Shown here: piece by piece, positions 52,447-61,985 of the stretch
How positions within the stretch are numbered: position 1 is the first letter of the stretch
Layout: every line of letters begins with the position of its first letter
Program-made: the position numbers and the translations under genes
Origin: Thermoplasmatota archaeon
Lineage (GTDB): Archaea > Thermoplasmatota > Poseidoniia > Poseidoniales > Thalassarchaeaceae
Assembly (NCBI GenBank): GCA_036336595.1
Contig: JAYZFV010000009.1
Location: 548-64,547 of the forward strand
DNA length: 64,000 bases
Reading direction: 5' to 3'
Notes under the pieces: generated by a model
What the model was told of the DNA's origin: nothing
What the model saw: the letters and a program-made list of their open reading frames with translations, nothing else
Databases searched by the model: none

Positions 52447-53994
52447 ATGGATATGGGAGAGTTGCCGGACGGGATGGATATGCCCGAATCCGAGATTACG
52501 ACTCCGCATCCATCGGCCTCCGTGATCCTCAGCAGGGAGCGTGCCGCCGGACACGAGATACTGCTGGGGCATCGTGTCTCCGAGCTTCCCGCCTTCCCTG
52601 ATGTCTGGTCGTTCCCAGGTGGTGGCATCAGCAGGGTCGACAAGGCTGCAGCCGAATCTCATCCGGAGTGGCTCTCCGAGAGAGGAGGGGATCGCGTCTC
52701 TGCTTTCGCGCTGCTAAGGGAGATGGTCGAGGAGTTAGGAGTCGCGCCTGACGGCGGTGGCGGCTTCTGCGAGGTCAGCGCCGAAGTCAGGGAACTGGTC
52801 TGTGGCGACAAAGCAGGCTGGCTGGAGTCGATGGAGTCGGGAGAACTGACCGCTGACGGGTTCCACTGTGAGATAATCACCGAGCGAATCACACCTCCTC
52901 AGGCACCCGCTCGCTTCCATAACCTGTTCTTCCACGTTCCAACTGGTGACCCCGGAGTCACTCCGACATTCCCCCCGGGCCGCTCGGAGTTCGACGAGTT
53001 CCGATGGTGGAGGCCCGCTGACCTGCTTGCCTCATGGGAGGGTAACGAGTTACGACTGCCGCCTCCCATCGTTACACTCGCTCGCGACCTAGTCGAGGCC
53101 ATTGAGCGCGAGGGTGACTTGCAGTCCGCGTGCGACGCCCTAGCAATCGACCCGCCCTCTGGCCCGCACAGATTCGAGTACGGCCCGGGTGTCGAGTGCA
53201 TACTAATTCGAACGGCCACGCTGCCCCCTGCTACCCACACCAACTGCTACATCTTGGGAGAGAGGGGAGGGGAGCGCGTCATTGTCGATCCCGCAGCTAG
53301 GGACGAGGAGGGGCTCGAGGAACTGGCCCTCAAGGTGCAGGAGATACACGATGACGGGAGCTCCATCACGGCCACCATATTCACCCACAGGCACCCCGAC
53401 CACGTAGGAGACTTGGGGCGCATCTCGGAAATCTACCAAGCCCCGATATGGGCCAGTCAGGAGACTCGGGCGTCAATCGCCCCCTTTGACACTGACCGCG
53501 TGCTCAGCGAGGGTAACTCGTTCGTGCTCGAGGGACCGAGCGGAGGTGTCCGCTGGGATGTAATCGAGAGTCCGGGGCACTGTCCCGGTCAAGTCTGCCT
53601 GGTCAGCGGGGCAGGGGTGGTGTCCGGGGACAACTGCTCGACTGTTGGTACCATTCTGGTGCCTTCGGGCGAGGGCGACATGGGTGCTTACATCTCCGGT
53701 CTCGAGAGGATTCGCGATTTGAAGCCGAAGGTGCTGTTCCCAGGCCACGGCCCCCTCGTCGCCAACCCGGAGAGGCTGCTGACACACTACATCGAGCACC
53801 GTAAGGCGCGGCACCAGAAGGTCCTCGAGGCGGTACGGGCAGGCAACTCGGACATTCCCAGAATCGCCATCGCGGCATACTCTGACACTCCTGGAGCCCA
53901 CCCGACTCTAGCCGAGGATCAGACCCTTTCGCACCTGAAGGAATTGGTCCGCACGGGCACAGTTAGAAGGTCAGGTGAAGATTTCCTCGTCTGA
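52447..53994 (+). CDS. Nudix-like domain fused to an MBL-fold metallo-hydrolase
   Basis: Nudix box remnant GGGIS...REMVEELGV with an expanded loop. MBL motif FTHRHPDHVGD with a downstream ESPGH. Confidence 0.75.
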   Translation: MDMGELPDGMDMPESEITTPHPSASVILSRERAAGHEILLGHRVSELPAFPDVWSFPGGGISRVDKAAAESHPEWLSERGGDRVSAFALLREMVEELGVAPDGGGGFCEVSAEVRELVCGDKAGWLESMESGELTADGFHCEIITERITPPQAPARFHNLFFHVPTGDPGVTPTFPPGRSEFDEFRWWRPADLLASWEGNELRLPPPIVTLARDLVEAIEREGDLQSACDALAIDPPSGPHRFEYGPGVECILIRTATLPPATHTNCYILGERGGERVIVDPAARDEEGLEELALKVQEIHDDGSSITATIFTHRHPDHVGDLGRISEIYQAPIWASQETRASIAPFDTDRVLSEGNSFVLEGPSGGVRWDVIESPGHCPGQVCLVSGAGVVSGDNCSTVGTILVPSGEGDMGAYISGLERIRDLKPKVLFPGHGPLVANPERLLTHYIEHRKARHQKVLEAVRAGNSDIPRIAIAAYSDTPGAHPTLAEDQTLSHLKELVRTGTVRRSGEDFLV

Positions 53995-54051
53995 TAATTT
54001 CCTCGTCAAGGTTCAAATCTACTTTACAGGGGCATATCGAATGGTTGGCTG

Positions 54052-55542
54052 ATGCTAAGAAGAGAAGTTGTGATCGAGCCCGACCGAAGTGGGATGTATC
54101 TTGTAGATGGTTACATCAATGGCAAGTCAGTAAAGTTCTGCGTAGACACAGGGGCTAGTGGAATCGTCATCACAGATGAGAAGGCCGATGCCATTGGTCT
54201 GGATTGGAGGAGTGGAAGCAAGGGTCATTCGAATACTGTTGGGGGGCTTACTGAAAGGTGGAGCATGCCCTTACACTCGGTTAGAATTGGGGATATAGAA
54301 GTCAGAAAAGGGTTAGTGGGTGGAGTCATTCCCGCAATGGATTTAGTGATAGCTGATGCACTCCTTGGGATGAGCTTCCTAAGAGAGATTGAATTCACGC
54401 AAGATGAAGGGAAACTAATACTACAAGACGACTCGCCGGAAACGATGCCGGCAGCGGACGCAGACCGATGGTGGGACAATAAAGAGTCCGACGAAGAGGA
54501 CGAGGGTTCTTCTCAGGGCGAGAGCACTCGCAAGGAGGAGATCGACCAAGCCGAGCACGAGGCCAAGATGGCCCAAATTGAGTTCGAAGAGTCCGAGGCG
54601 AAGAGGAAGCTGGCGTGGTCCCAAAAAACAACTCCAATGGTCTATGACGTGGACAAAGACGGGGACGGGACGATCACCGAGCAGGAGAAGATAGCTCATG
54701 AGACCGGAGGCGGAGTCCTAGGGCTCTGGTGGCTCACCCCAGAGGAGGCAATCACCATCGGAATCTCTGCAATGCTAGTCATCTTCACCCTAGGCATGGG
54801 GGCAATAGTATCCTCGGATGAGGTGGAGTGGGCAACTGCCGAAGGAACAGTAGTCGTAGGCACCTCATGGTGGGAGGAGGAGTATGAGATGGAGGATTGT
54901 CTCTACGACGATTACAAAGACGAGTACTACGACTGCTACTATTACTACGAGTACGAATGTGGAGCTGATGTCGACTATGAGTTCGCTATTGACGGGGTGG
55001 AATACTCTGGGATGGACGGCGTAAACCTCGGAATTTGGGATGACTACTGCCTGGAAGAGGTTGAGTTCAACGTCCTCCCTCTAAACAGCGCTGTGACTGT
55101 TTGGTATGACAAGGAAAACCCCGAAAATAATCACTTGAGTGAACCTGGTGGAGCTCAGTTCATCATCTTCTACTGCTGCATGCCGTTTTTCCTAATCCTC
55201 CTATTAGTCACACTGGTTAACGCTAGACTCAGTAACTCCCCTAAGGACTTCGACTATGGAGAAAGCCGCATTGTAGATGGCATGCCTGGAATGTTCAGAA
55301 CCGATTCCGAAGGAGGTATTGCCGGAACAGGCGGGGGCGTGCACCACCACTACCACGGCAGCCACGGACGCTGGGGGTGGGGCCGAAGGATGTTCGGAAG
55401 ACCGAGAGGCGTCCGGAGAGCCCGCTCGAGAGTAAGAACCGGAGGAAGAACGTCAGGGGGGAGGAGATCCACGGGCGGTGGAAGAAGGTCCGGTGGTGGC
55501 GGAAGAAGGTCTTCCGGCGGTGGTGGAAGACGCAGCAGATGA
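54052..55542 (+). CDS. Membrane protein combining a retropepsin-like aspartic protease domain, an EF-hand loop, a TM/beta-rich DUF3592-like/TM segment, and an RGG-repeat tail
   Basis: VKFCVDTGASGIVIT (DTGAS at nt 54145-54159). Canonical 12-residue loop DKDGDGTITEQE (nt 54652-54687). Two TM helices. C-terminus GRTSGGRRSTGGGRRSGGGGRRSSGGGGRRSR. Confidence 0.6.
   Translation: MLRREVVIEPDRSGMYLVDGYINGKSVKFCVDTGASGIVITDEKADAIGLDWRSGSKGHSNTVGGLTERWSMPLHSVRIGDIEVRKGLVGGVIPAMDLVIADALLGMSFLREIEFTQDEGKLILQDDSPETMPAADADRWWDNKESDEEDEGSSQGESTRKEEIDQAEHEAKMAQIEFEESEAKRKLAWSQKTTPMVYDVDKDGDGTITEQEKIAHETGGGVLGLWWLTPEEAITIGISAMLVIFTLGMGAIVSSDEVEWATAEGTVVVGTSWWEEEYEMEDCLYDDYKDEYYDCYYYYEYECGADVDYEFAIDGVEYSGMDGVNLGIWDDYCLEEVEFNVLPLNSAVTVWYDKENPENNHLSEPGGAQFIIFYCCMPFFLILLLVTLVNARLSNSPKDFDYGESRIVDGMPGMFRTDSEGGIAGTGGGVHHHYHGSHGRWGWGRRMFGRPRGVRRARSRVRTGGRTSGGRRSTGGGRRSGGGGRRSSGGGGRRSR
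55363..55539 (+). repeat. Low-complexity Arg/Gly (RGG) repeat-coding tract
   Basis: Reiterated GGAAGAAGGTC/GGTGG units encode (G)nRRS repeats. Confidence 0.8.
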
Positions 55543-55595
55543 CCCTGTATGGCTTCGGCAACGCTGAAATCCCAATCTTACCACGGAATCAGTAG

Positions 55596-56456
55596 ATGGA
55601 CGACCTTTGGAGCGGCGCGCCTGTAATGGAAGGGGCCAGTGCGGAGGAGAGATGGGTCGAGGTAGCGCCAGCAGTCTCCTTGAGGGTCCTCATCTGGAAG
55701 CCGGACGATGCGGCTGCAGCTGGGCAGAACCCAGTGGTGATGGTGCCTGGCTGGGGCTCCGTCTTCGAGGGCTGGCGGCCGCTGGTTACCGAGTGGGTCA
55801 AGCGTAGGCCGCTGTATTACGTCGAGACCAGGGACAAGGGTAGCGCGAGGATAGGTCGCCCGGTCATGAAGTCTGACTTCCCCATGGAGAAGCACGGGGA
55901 GGACGTCGCAGCGGTCCTCGAGGCGCTGGGCATCGAACATTCTGAGGTCGACTGGTACTCGTCATCGCTGGGCGCGACGCTATTGATTGACGCCTACCAG
56001 AGAGGGGCTCTCGGAGGGCGGAGCTCGGTACTGCTAGCACCCAACCCAGACTTTGACTTCCCCCTGTGGTCCCGTATCATGATCAACTTCCCGCTGCCGA
56101 TGTTCGTCTACCGACGCCTTGTGAATTTCGTCGCTTGGGTGGTCGATAGGAGGACCGAGGAGGAGGGGCAGAAGATTCGCTACCGCAGGGCCCTGCTCGC
56201 CCAGGACGTCAGGCGCATGCTACTGTCAGCCAGAGTCAACCTCGGCTACAGCCTTCCAGCCGACCTTTCCGCAATTGAGGTCCCGTGCGCAGTCATGACC
56301 GCCTCGTCCGACACCCTGCACGGCATTGACAAGGTCCGCCAGGTAGTCGATGCAATGCCAAACTGCCTGCTCATAGAAGTGCCTTCTAACCAGTATGCGC
56401 ATGAGCCCGATGTGCTTGCAGAGATCGAGGAATTCCAGTCCTCAGTGGCAAAATAG
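55596..56456 (+). CDS. Alpha/beta-fold hydrolase
   Basis: VVMVPGWGS oxyanion region and the nucleophile elbow-like SSSLGA. Confidence 0.65.
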   Translation: MDDLWSGAPVMEGASAEERWVEVAPAVSLRVLIWKPDDAAAAGQNPVVMVPGWGSVFEGWRPLVTEWVKRRPLYYVETRDKGSARIGRPVMKSDFPMEKHGEDVAAVLEALGIEHSEVDWYSSSLGATLLIDAYQRGALGGRSSVLLAPNPDFDFPLWSRIMINFPLPMFVYRRLVNFVAWVVDRRTEEEGQKIRYRRALLAQDVRRMLLSARVNLGYSLPADLSAIEVPCAVMTASSDTLHGIDKVRQVVDAMPNCLLIEVPSNQYAHEPDVLAEIEEFQSSVAK

Positions 56457-56515
56457 CGGGTTCTCGCAAAGCGATTGCCTGATGAAGGGCAGCCGAGCCG
56501 GCCGACTTGAGCAGC

Positions 56516-58657
56516 ATGCGTGAGCAATCGTCGTCGTTCGATATCGCGCGCATCGTGCGTGAGCTTTCCGAGATGGTCGGCGCTCGTGCGCGCAAGGCCT
56601 ACCAGCCGCACTACGAACAGGTCGTCCTGCGGCTGAATCGCAAGGGACTGCCATCGACCGACCTCGTCATCGTCGGGGGGCGACGCGCCTACACCTCAAG
56701 GCGGGACAGGCCGATGCCGTCGAAACCGTCACAGTTCGCCATGGTCCTGCGCAAGCACCTCAACAACTCCCGGCTGGTCGCAGTCGAGCAGTACGGCTTC
56801 GACCGAATAATCGAGCTGACCTTCGAGCACGGTGGCGGCCGCGTCAGTCTCGTCATCGAGCTGTTCCGCGACGGCAACGTGCTGCTGCTAGACAGCGAGG
56901 GAGTCATCATCCAGCCTCTGACGCACGCCAAGTACGCCAGTCGCTCGCTCAAGAGGGGGGTTCCCTACACCCCTCCTCCCGAGACCGTGGATCCGCGCCA
57001 GATGGACAGGGCGGAGCTCGACGATCTGCTTGACGGCAGCGAGCACGACCTCATCCGCACCCTCGCCGCCCGTGCTAACTTCGGGCGCATCTATGGGAGC
57101 GCGGCCTGCTCCATAGCAGGACTGGAGGAGAAGGCAGCCGCCAGCTCATTGGACTCCGGGCAGCGCGATGCGCTGGAGGAGGCCATCCAGTCGATGCTTG
57201 CTGAGCTGTCCGATGGTGCCGGCGCGATGATGTGGATGGTCGACTCGGAGGCACTGGCGGCTTGGAACGAAGCCGACAACGAGGCCGACAGAGACACCGC
57301 TTCGGCGGGAATCTCCGAAATCGCCCCGATTGACCTGTCCTACATGGATGCAGTAATGATGGTCGAAATCGGTTCGCTATCCCTTGCCTACGACGCCGTC
57401 TTCGGCTCTCACGACGCTGCTGCCTTCATCCGCCGAGAGGAGGAGCGATTGGTCGACTCAGGAGATGCCGAGGTTGAGCAGCAAGCCAAGTTGGACCGCA
57501 GGGCTGCTCAGCAGACAACGGCCATCGACAGGTTCCACGAGCGTGCTGCCATCACGCAGGAACTGGGCAAGGCCATCCAGGACAACTGGGAGCATACAGA
57601 ATCCATCCTCAGTCAGTTCAACACGGCCGTCGAGTCCGAGAGCTGGCTGGACGTCGCGGACAAGATATTCGATGTACAGTGGATCGACAGCGTCGACCCA
57701 GCGAGGCGAACCATAGTCGCCTTCCTGCCCGACGAGGACGGCGAGCCCGGTGCCAGCATCACCCTCGAGGTCTCCAAGACCGTTCATCAGAATGCCCAAC
57801 GCTACTTCGAAGAGGCTCGAGTACAGAAGAACAAGGCCAAGGGCGCTCAGGTCGCCTTGGCCGGCACCGAAGAGGCACTCGAGAAGGCCGAGAAGCGTGC
57901 CGCAAAGGACGCGGCCGCAGGCAGGCTGCGGGCAAGGCAGAGGAGCAAGCGCTTCTGGTTCGAGAAGCATCGCTGGGCCATGCTCTCAGGAGGGCATCTG
58001 CTAATTGGCGGAAGGGATGCGAAGGGCAACGACATCGTCGTTCGCAAGCACCTGACCTCAAACGACCTTTACGTCCACGCCGACTTGCACGGAGCGCCCT
58101 CGTGCTCTCTCAAACTCAAGGACGGCCTGTCACACAACCAGAACCCGTCCGAGGCAGTTCCTGAGGGAGTCGCTTCGATGCAAATCGTCCAGAACCTGGG
58201 AGGGGAGCTCGAAGACGCGAGGGGGCTCGCAGAGTCGTTGCACTCAGAGGCCGCACAAATTGCGGTCTGCTGGTCGAGGGCGTGGGGCGGCGGCGGTGCG
58301 GCTGCCACGGCGTTCCACGTCAGGCCGAGCCAGGTGTCGAAGACCGCAGAGACCGGTGAGTCGCTCGCTCGGGGCTCGTTCGTCGTGCGTGGCCAGCGCA
58401 ACTGGCACCGAGACCTGCCACTCGAGCTCGCTATCGGGATGGCAATGGTGAACGGCGCCCCGATGCCCGTCTCTGGAACTCCTGCCACGATTTCGGAAAA
58501 CTTCGAGCGCTGGGCGACGATCTCGCCCGGGCGCGAGAAGAAGGAGAGCGTGGCGAATCGTATTTCGAAGGCTACGGGCCTCGCTCAGGACGATTTGCTC
58601 TCGTGCCTGCCCCCTGGCAACTGCTCTATAGAGGACCACGGGCTGATTCAGCCCTGA
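56516..58657 (+). CDS. NFACT-family protein (archaeal Rqc2/NEMF/FbpA homologue)
   Basis: N-terminal SSFDIARIVRELSE...ARKAYQP, a central coiled coil, and an NFACT-R-like DLYVHADLHGAPSCSLK. ATG at 56516 (TTG at 56507). Confidence 0.8.
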   Translation: MREQSSSFDIARIVRELSEMVGARARKAYQPHYEQVVLRLNRKGLPSTDLVIVGGRRAYTSRRDRPMPSKPSQFAMVLRKHLNNSRLVAVEQYGFDRIIELTFEHGGGRVSLVIELFRDGNVLLLDSEGVIIQPLTHAKYASRSLKRGVPYTPPPETVDPRQMDRAELDDLLDGSEHDLIRTLAARANFGRIYGSAACSIAGLEEKAAASSLDSGQRDALEEAIQSMLAELSDGAGAMMWMVDSEALAAWNEADNEADRDTASAGISEIAPIDLSYMDAVMMVEIGSLSLAYDAVFGSHDAAAFIRREEERLVDSGDAEVEQQAKLDRRAAQQTTAIDRFHERAAITQELGKAIQDNWEHTESILSQFNTAVESESWLDVADKIFDVQWIDSVDPARRTIVAFLPDEDGEPGASITLEVSKTVHQNAQRYFEEARVQKNKAKGAQVALAGTEEALEKAEKRAAKDAAAGRLRARQRSKRFWFEKHRWAMLSGGHLLIGGRDAKGNDIVVRKHLTSNDLYVHADLHGAPSCSLKLKDGLSHNQNPSEAVPEGVASMQIVQNLGGELEDARGLAESLHSEAAQIAVCWSRAWGGGGAAATAFHVRPSQVSKTAETGESLARGSFVVRGQRNWHRDLPLELAIGMAMVNGAPMPVSGTPATISENFERWATISPGREKKESVANRISKATGLAQDDLLSCLPPGNCSIEDHGLIQP

Positions 58658-59256
58658 CTGCGTTCGCGCCACTCGGGCGCAGTGATTGCGTACAGGGAGG
58701 CATCGACGTAGTGATCGTAAAGCCACTCCCTTTCCCTTGTGAGGCCTTCGAGGCGCATTCCCAGACGTTCGGCGATCGCTATGCTAGCGTTGTTCTCCAC
58801 CGCGACCTCAAGAGACCCCCTGTGCAGGCAGAGGTCATCGAAGCAGTGATCGAGCAGTCGGGCGCAGGACTTGGTCACAATGCCCTTCCCCATTGACTCC
58901 TCCGAAATCCAGTAGCCGACGACGAACCCCCTGTTGTCCCAATCGATCGAGTTGAGGGATAGCGTGCCGACGATATTGCCTTCGAGGCAGATGAGGTAAA
59001 AGCAGCCCTCTCCCTTCTCCCTAGTCTCTGCACTCCTGCGGATGGCAGCGGCCTCGTCTTCGACCGAGGTCACGTCGTCCACCCAAGGCAACCACGCCCT
59101 GAGATAGTCACGATTCGCGTCCACGTTTAGGAAGAGTTCGTCGGCGTCGCGCTCGTTGGGAACCCTCAGCTCGAGGTCATCCTCGACCAGCAGACTGCCG
59201 GCTGGATCCGGGTGCGGTGCATCACGATCCTGTGGCCAACCGCATGGTCCAGACAT
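58648..59256 (-). CDS. GNAT-family N-acetyltransferase (RimJ/RimL-like)
   Basis: The pattern LELRVPNERDADELF...GYWISEESMGKGIVT...LEVAVENNASIAIAERLG is typical of RimJ/L-type GNATs. Its 3' end overlaps the NFACT gene by 10 nt. Confidence 0.8.
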   Translation of the reverse strand: MSGPCGWPQDRDAPHPDPAGSLLVEDDLELRVPNERDADELFLNVDANRDYLRAWLPWVDDVTSVEDEAAAIRRSAETREKGEGCFYLICLEGNIVGTLSLNSIDWDNRGFVVGYWISEESMGKGIVTKSCARLLDHCFDDLCLHRGSLEVAVENNASIAIAERLGMRLEGLTREREWLYDHYVDASLYAITAPEWRERSQG

Positions 59257-59336
59257 ACCCAATACGCGGCCATTGGGACTTTTGAGGGATTCGTGCTCGG
59301 CGACAATGCTTCAAGCGCGGTCCCGCATCGCAGGGC

Positions 59337-60419
59337 ATGGGAGGTGACGGGGGGCCGGGAAACTGGACCTATGGGGACTACCTGCAGCTTCACGACCTGC
59401 TCAAGCTCCAAGGCGAGGACAGGGGGATCAGCTCCGACGAGATGCATTTCATCGTCGTCCATCAGTCCTTCGAGTTGTGGTTCAAGCAAGTCATCCGCGA
59501 GCTCTCCGAGGCTCGTGACATCTTGGACCAGGTCCCGGTGCCCGAAGATGAAATACCCAGAGTAGTAGACCACCTGACGAGGACTACTGAGATTTTCCGA
59601 CTGATGGCAGACCAATGGTCCGTTCTCGAGACCCTAACGCCCCAGGGCTTCCTAGCATTCCGCGACGAGCTGGGCACCGCCTCGGGCTTCCAGTCGTTCC
59701 AAATGCGTGAGCTCGAGATCGTACTCGGGCTCCAGCCGGACGACCGCCTAGGGGGCATGGACCCTATTGAGACCTTCAGACGGCAGGCCGAGCGGGGTGA
59801 CGACGACGCTGCCGTGCTAGCACGTCTCGAGGCCGCAATGGAGCAGGCTTCCCTGAACGAGGCCCTGATGAATTGGATCGAGCGCACTCCGATAATGGGC
59901 TCCGCTTACGGCAGTGAGGGTGATGGCAGGGTGGTGGGAGATTACATCAAAGCGCATCTCGAAGCGCATCGCAAGCTCGGGGAGGAGGCCGCCTCGCGGA
60001 TGTCAGGCTGGGGCTCTCGCGATCCAGAGGCCGTGAGAGCGAGGATAGATGAAGCTCAGGAGTCGGCTGAGGATTTCCTGCTCCCTGAGGGGAACGTGGA
60101 CCGTGCCAGAGCCGGTCTCCTGTTCATCGAGTCATATCGTGAGCTGCCATTGCTCACTTGGCCGAGGAAGCTGATAGACGCCGTCGTAGAACTCGAGGAG
60201 TCGATAGTGAAGTGGCGGCACGACCATGCGAGGATGGTAGAGCGGATCATAGGGCGCCGCATCGGAACCGGGGGGACCAGCGGGGTCGAATACCTCGAAG
60301 CAACCTCCCGCTACCGGGTCTTCAAGGACCTCTGGGCGGTGAGGACCATCCTCGTGAAGCCACAGCAACGACCAGCGCTCAAAGGGGCGGAGCTGTACGG
60401 CTATTCTAGTGAGACGTGA
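59337..60419 (+). CDS. kynA: Tryptophan 2,3-dioxygenase
   Basis: YGDYLQLHDLLKLQ...SDEMHFIVVHQSFELWFKQVIREL matches the TDO N-terminal helices, and the length is appropriate. Confidence 0.85.
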   Translation: MGGDGGPGNWTYGDYLQLHDLLKLQGEDRGISSDEMHFIVVHQSFELWFKQVIRELSEARDILDQVPVPEDEIPRVVDHLTRTTEIFRLMADQWSVLETLTPQGFLAFRDELGTASGFQSFQMRELEIVLGLQPDDRLGGMDPIETFRRQAERGDDDAAVLARLEAAMEQASLNEALMNWIERTPIMGSAYGSEGDGRVVGDYIKAHLEAHRKLGEEAASRMSGWGSRDPEAVRARIDEAQESAEDFLLPEGNVDRARAGLLFIESYRELPLLTWPRKLIDAVVELEESIVKWRHDHARMVERIIGRRIGTGGTSGVEYLEATSRYRVFKDLWAVRTILVKPQQRPALKGAELYGYSSET

Positions 60420-60467
60420 TGCGCCTATAATGCGACCCTTGAAGGCGTAAGCGCCACTCGAAACGCC

Positions 60468-61628
60468 GTGCCTGAAGCATTAGTCTGCGCCTATGCTCGA
60501 ACGCCCTTCGGCAAGTTCCGCGGAGCACTATCCGAATACAGTGCCACGGAGCTGGGGACTATGGCCGTCAGTGAGCTCCTCAGCCGGGCTGGCATCGATC
60601 CAGCCAACGGAGCGATAGACCAGGTGTACATGGGACAAGTGCTCCAAGCAGGAGCGGGACAGGCTCCCGCCAGGCAGGTCGCGCTAGGTGCGGGACTGCC
60701 TTTCGACACACCCTGCACGACGATCAACAAGGTCTGCGGATCCAGTCTGAAGGCAGTGATGATAGCGGCGACCGAGATACGCGCAGGCGTCGCTAATCTG
60801 GTAGTGGCTGGGGGAATGGAATCCATGAGCAACGCACCGCGCTTCGTTCGAAGCGCTGAGCGCGGCGTGGACGTGCCGTATGCCGAACTCATTTCGATTC
60901 TCTCCAACGACGGGCTCAAGGATGCCTACTCGGGAGAGATGATGGGCGACACGGGGGAGACAGTCGCGAACGAGTTCGGCATCAAGAGAGGCGTCTCGGA
61001 TGCCTACGCCGTCCGCTCACACCGCCTTGCCAGTGTGGCGTGGGACCAGGGGTGGTTGGCAAAGGAGGCCTTCGCCGTAGGCGACTTACAGCGAGACGAA
61101 GGGATCAGGCCAGAGGCCGATCCCGAGACTCTCGCCGGACTAGCACCCGTCTTCCACGAGGATGGGCAGATAACTGCTGGAAACTCTAGTCAGGTCTCGG
61201 ATGGCGCTTCGGCCGTCCTGATCGCCTCAATGGAGGCTGCAGAAAGGCACGACCTGCCCGTGCTGGCTAGAATTTCCGACTTCACTACCGCAGGAGTAGA
61301 GCCCGACAGAGTGATGAACGCCCCGATTCCAGCAATCGAGACGCTACTCCAAAGAAGCGGACTGTCAATTGACGACATCGATGTCCTGGAGCACAACGAG
61401 GCCTTCGCCTCCGCCTCGTGCGCCATCCGTTCTTACTTCGGCGTACGCGACGACCGATTCAACGTCCACGGAGGAGCCATCGCACTCGGCCATCCCCTCG
61501 GCGCGACCGGTACGCGCTGCCTGATGACCCTGGTTAATGCCCTCGAGCGAAATGGGGGTCGGCATGGCATAGCGACCATCTGCCTCGGCGGGGGCAACGC
61601 GGTGGCGATGCTGGTCGAGAGGTCTTAG
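60468..61628 (+). CDS. Acetyl-CoA C-acetyltransferase (bacterial-type thiolase II)
   Basis: Active-site regions [30 protein letters not shown] and CLGGGNA. GTG start. Confidence 0.9.
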   Translation: MPEALVCAYARTPFGKFRGALSEYSATELGTMAVSELLSRAGIDPANGAIDQVYMGQVLQAGAGQAPARQVALGAGLPFDTPCTTINKVCGSSLKAVMIAATEIRAGVANLVVAGGMESMSNAPRFVRSAERGVDVPYAELISILSNDGLKDAYSGEMMGDTGETVANEFGIKRGVSDAYAVRSHRLASVAWDQGWLAKEAFAVGDLQRDEGIRPEADPETLAGLAPVFHEDGQITAGNSSQVSDGASAVLIASMEAAERHDLPVLARISDFTTAGVEPDRVMNAPIPAIETLLQRSGLSIDDIDVLEHNEAFASASCAIRSYFGVRDDRFNVHGGAIALGHPLGATGTRCLMTLVNALERNGGRHGIATICLGGGNAVAMLVERS

Positions 61629-61698
61629 TCGGGCGGTCCCACTTGGCTTCTTTGATGCGTCACAGTCCTTATGTGGGGGCCTCCGGTGGCCCGCCCCG

Positions 61699-61959
61699 AT
61701 GGTTGAGCCAGCACGGCCTCACACTCGCTTCGAGAAGGCTAGGATAATTGGGGCTAGAGCCCTCCAGATTAGCATGGGGGCTCCTCTTTTCGTCTCCGAG
61801 GACGAGCTCCGGGAGAAGTTCAGCGAGGAGCTGATCCAGTTGTACGGCGTTGCCGATGCAAAGGAGAAGGTCGTCCTTGATCCCATGAAGATCGCGAGCT
61901 TGGAGTACGAGCAGAATAGGATCCCCATAGACATCGACCCACACATCGAGGAAGAGTGA
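61699..61959 (+). CDS. rpoK: DNA-directed RNA polymerase subunit K (Rpo6)
   Basis: [21 protein letters not shown] is the conserved Rpo6/RpoK core. Confidence 0.85.
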   Translation: MVEPARPHTRFEKARIIGARALQISMGAPLFVSEDELREKFSEELIQLYGVADAKEKVVLDPMKIASLEYEQNRIPIDIDPHIEEE

Positions 61960-61985
61960 AGGGTGCAGCCCCCTGACAGGGACTG

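Noticed and set aside
53981-54007. 11-nt direct repeat ATTTCCTCGTC on both sides of the Nudix-MBL stop codon
   Set aside because: It is probably a small slippage duplication. It has no structural or regulatory signature and only two copies.
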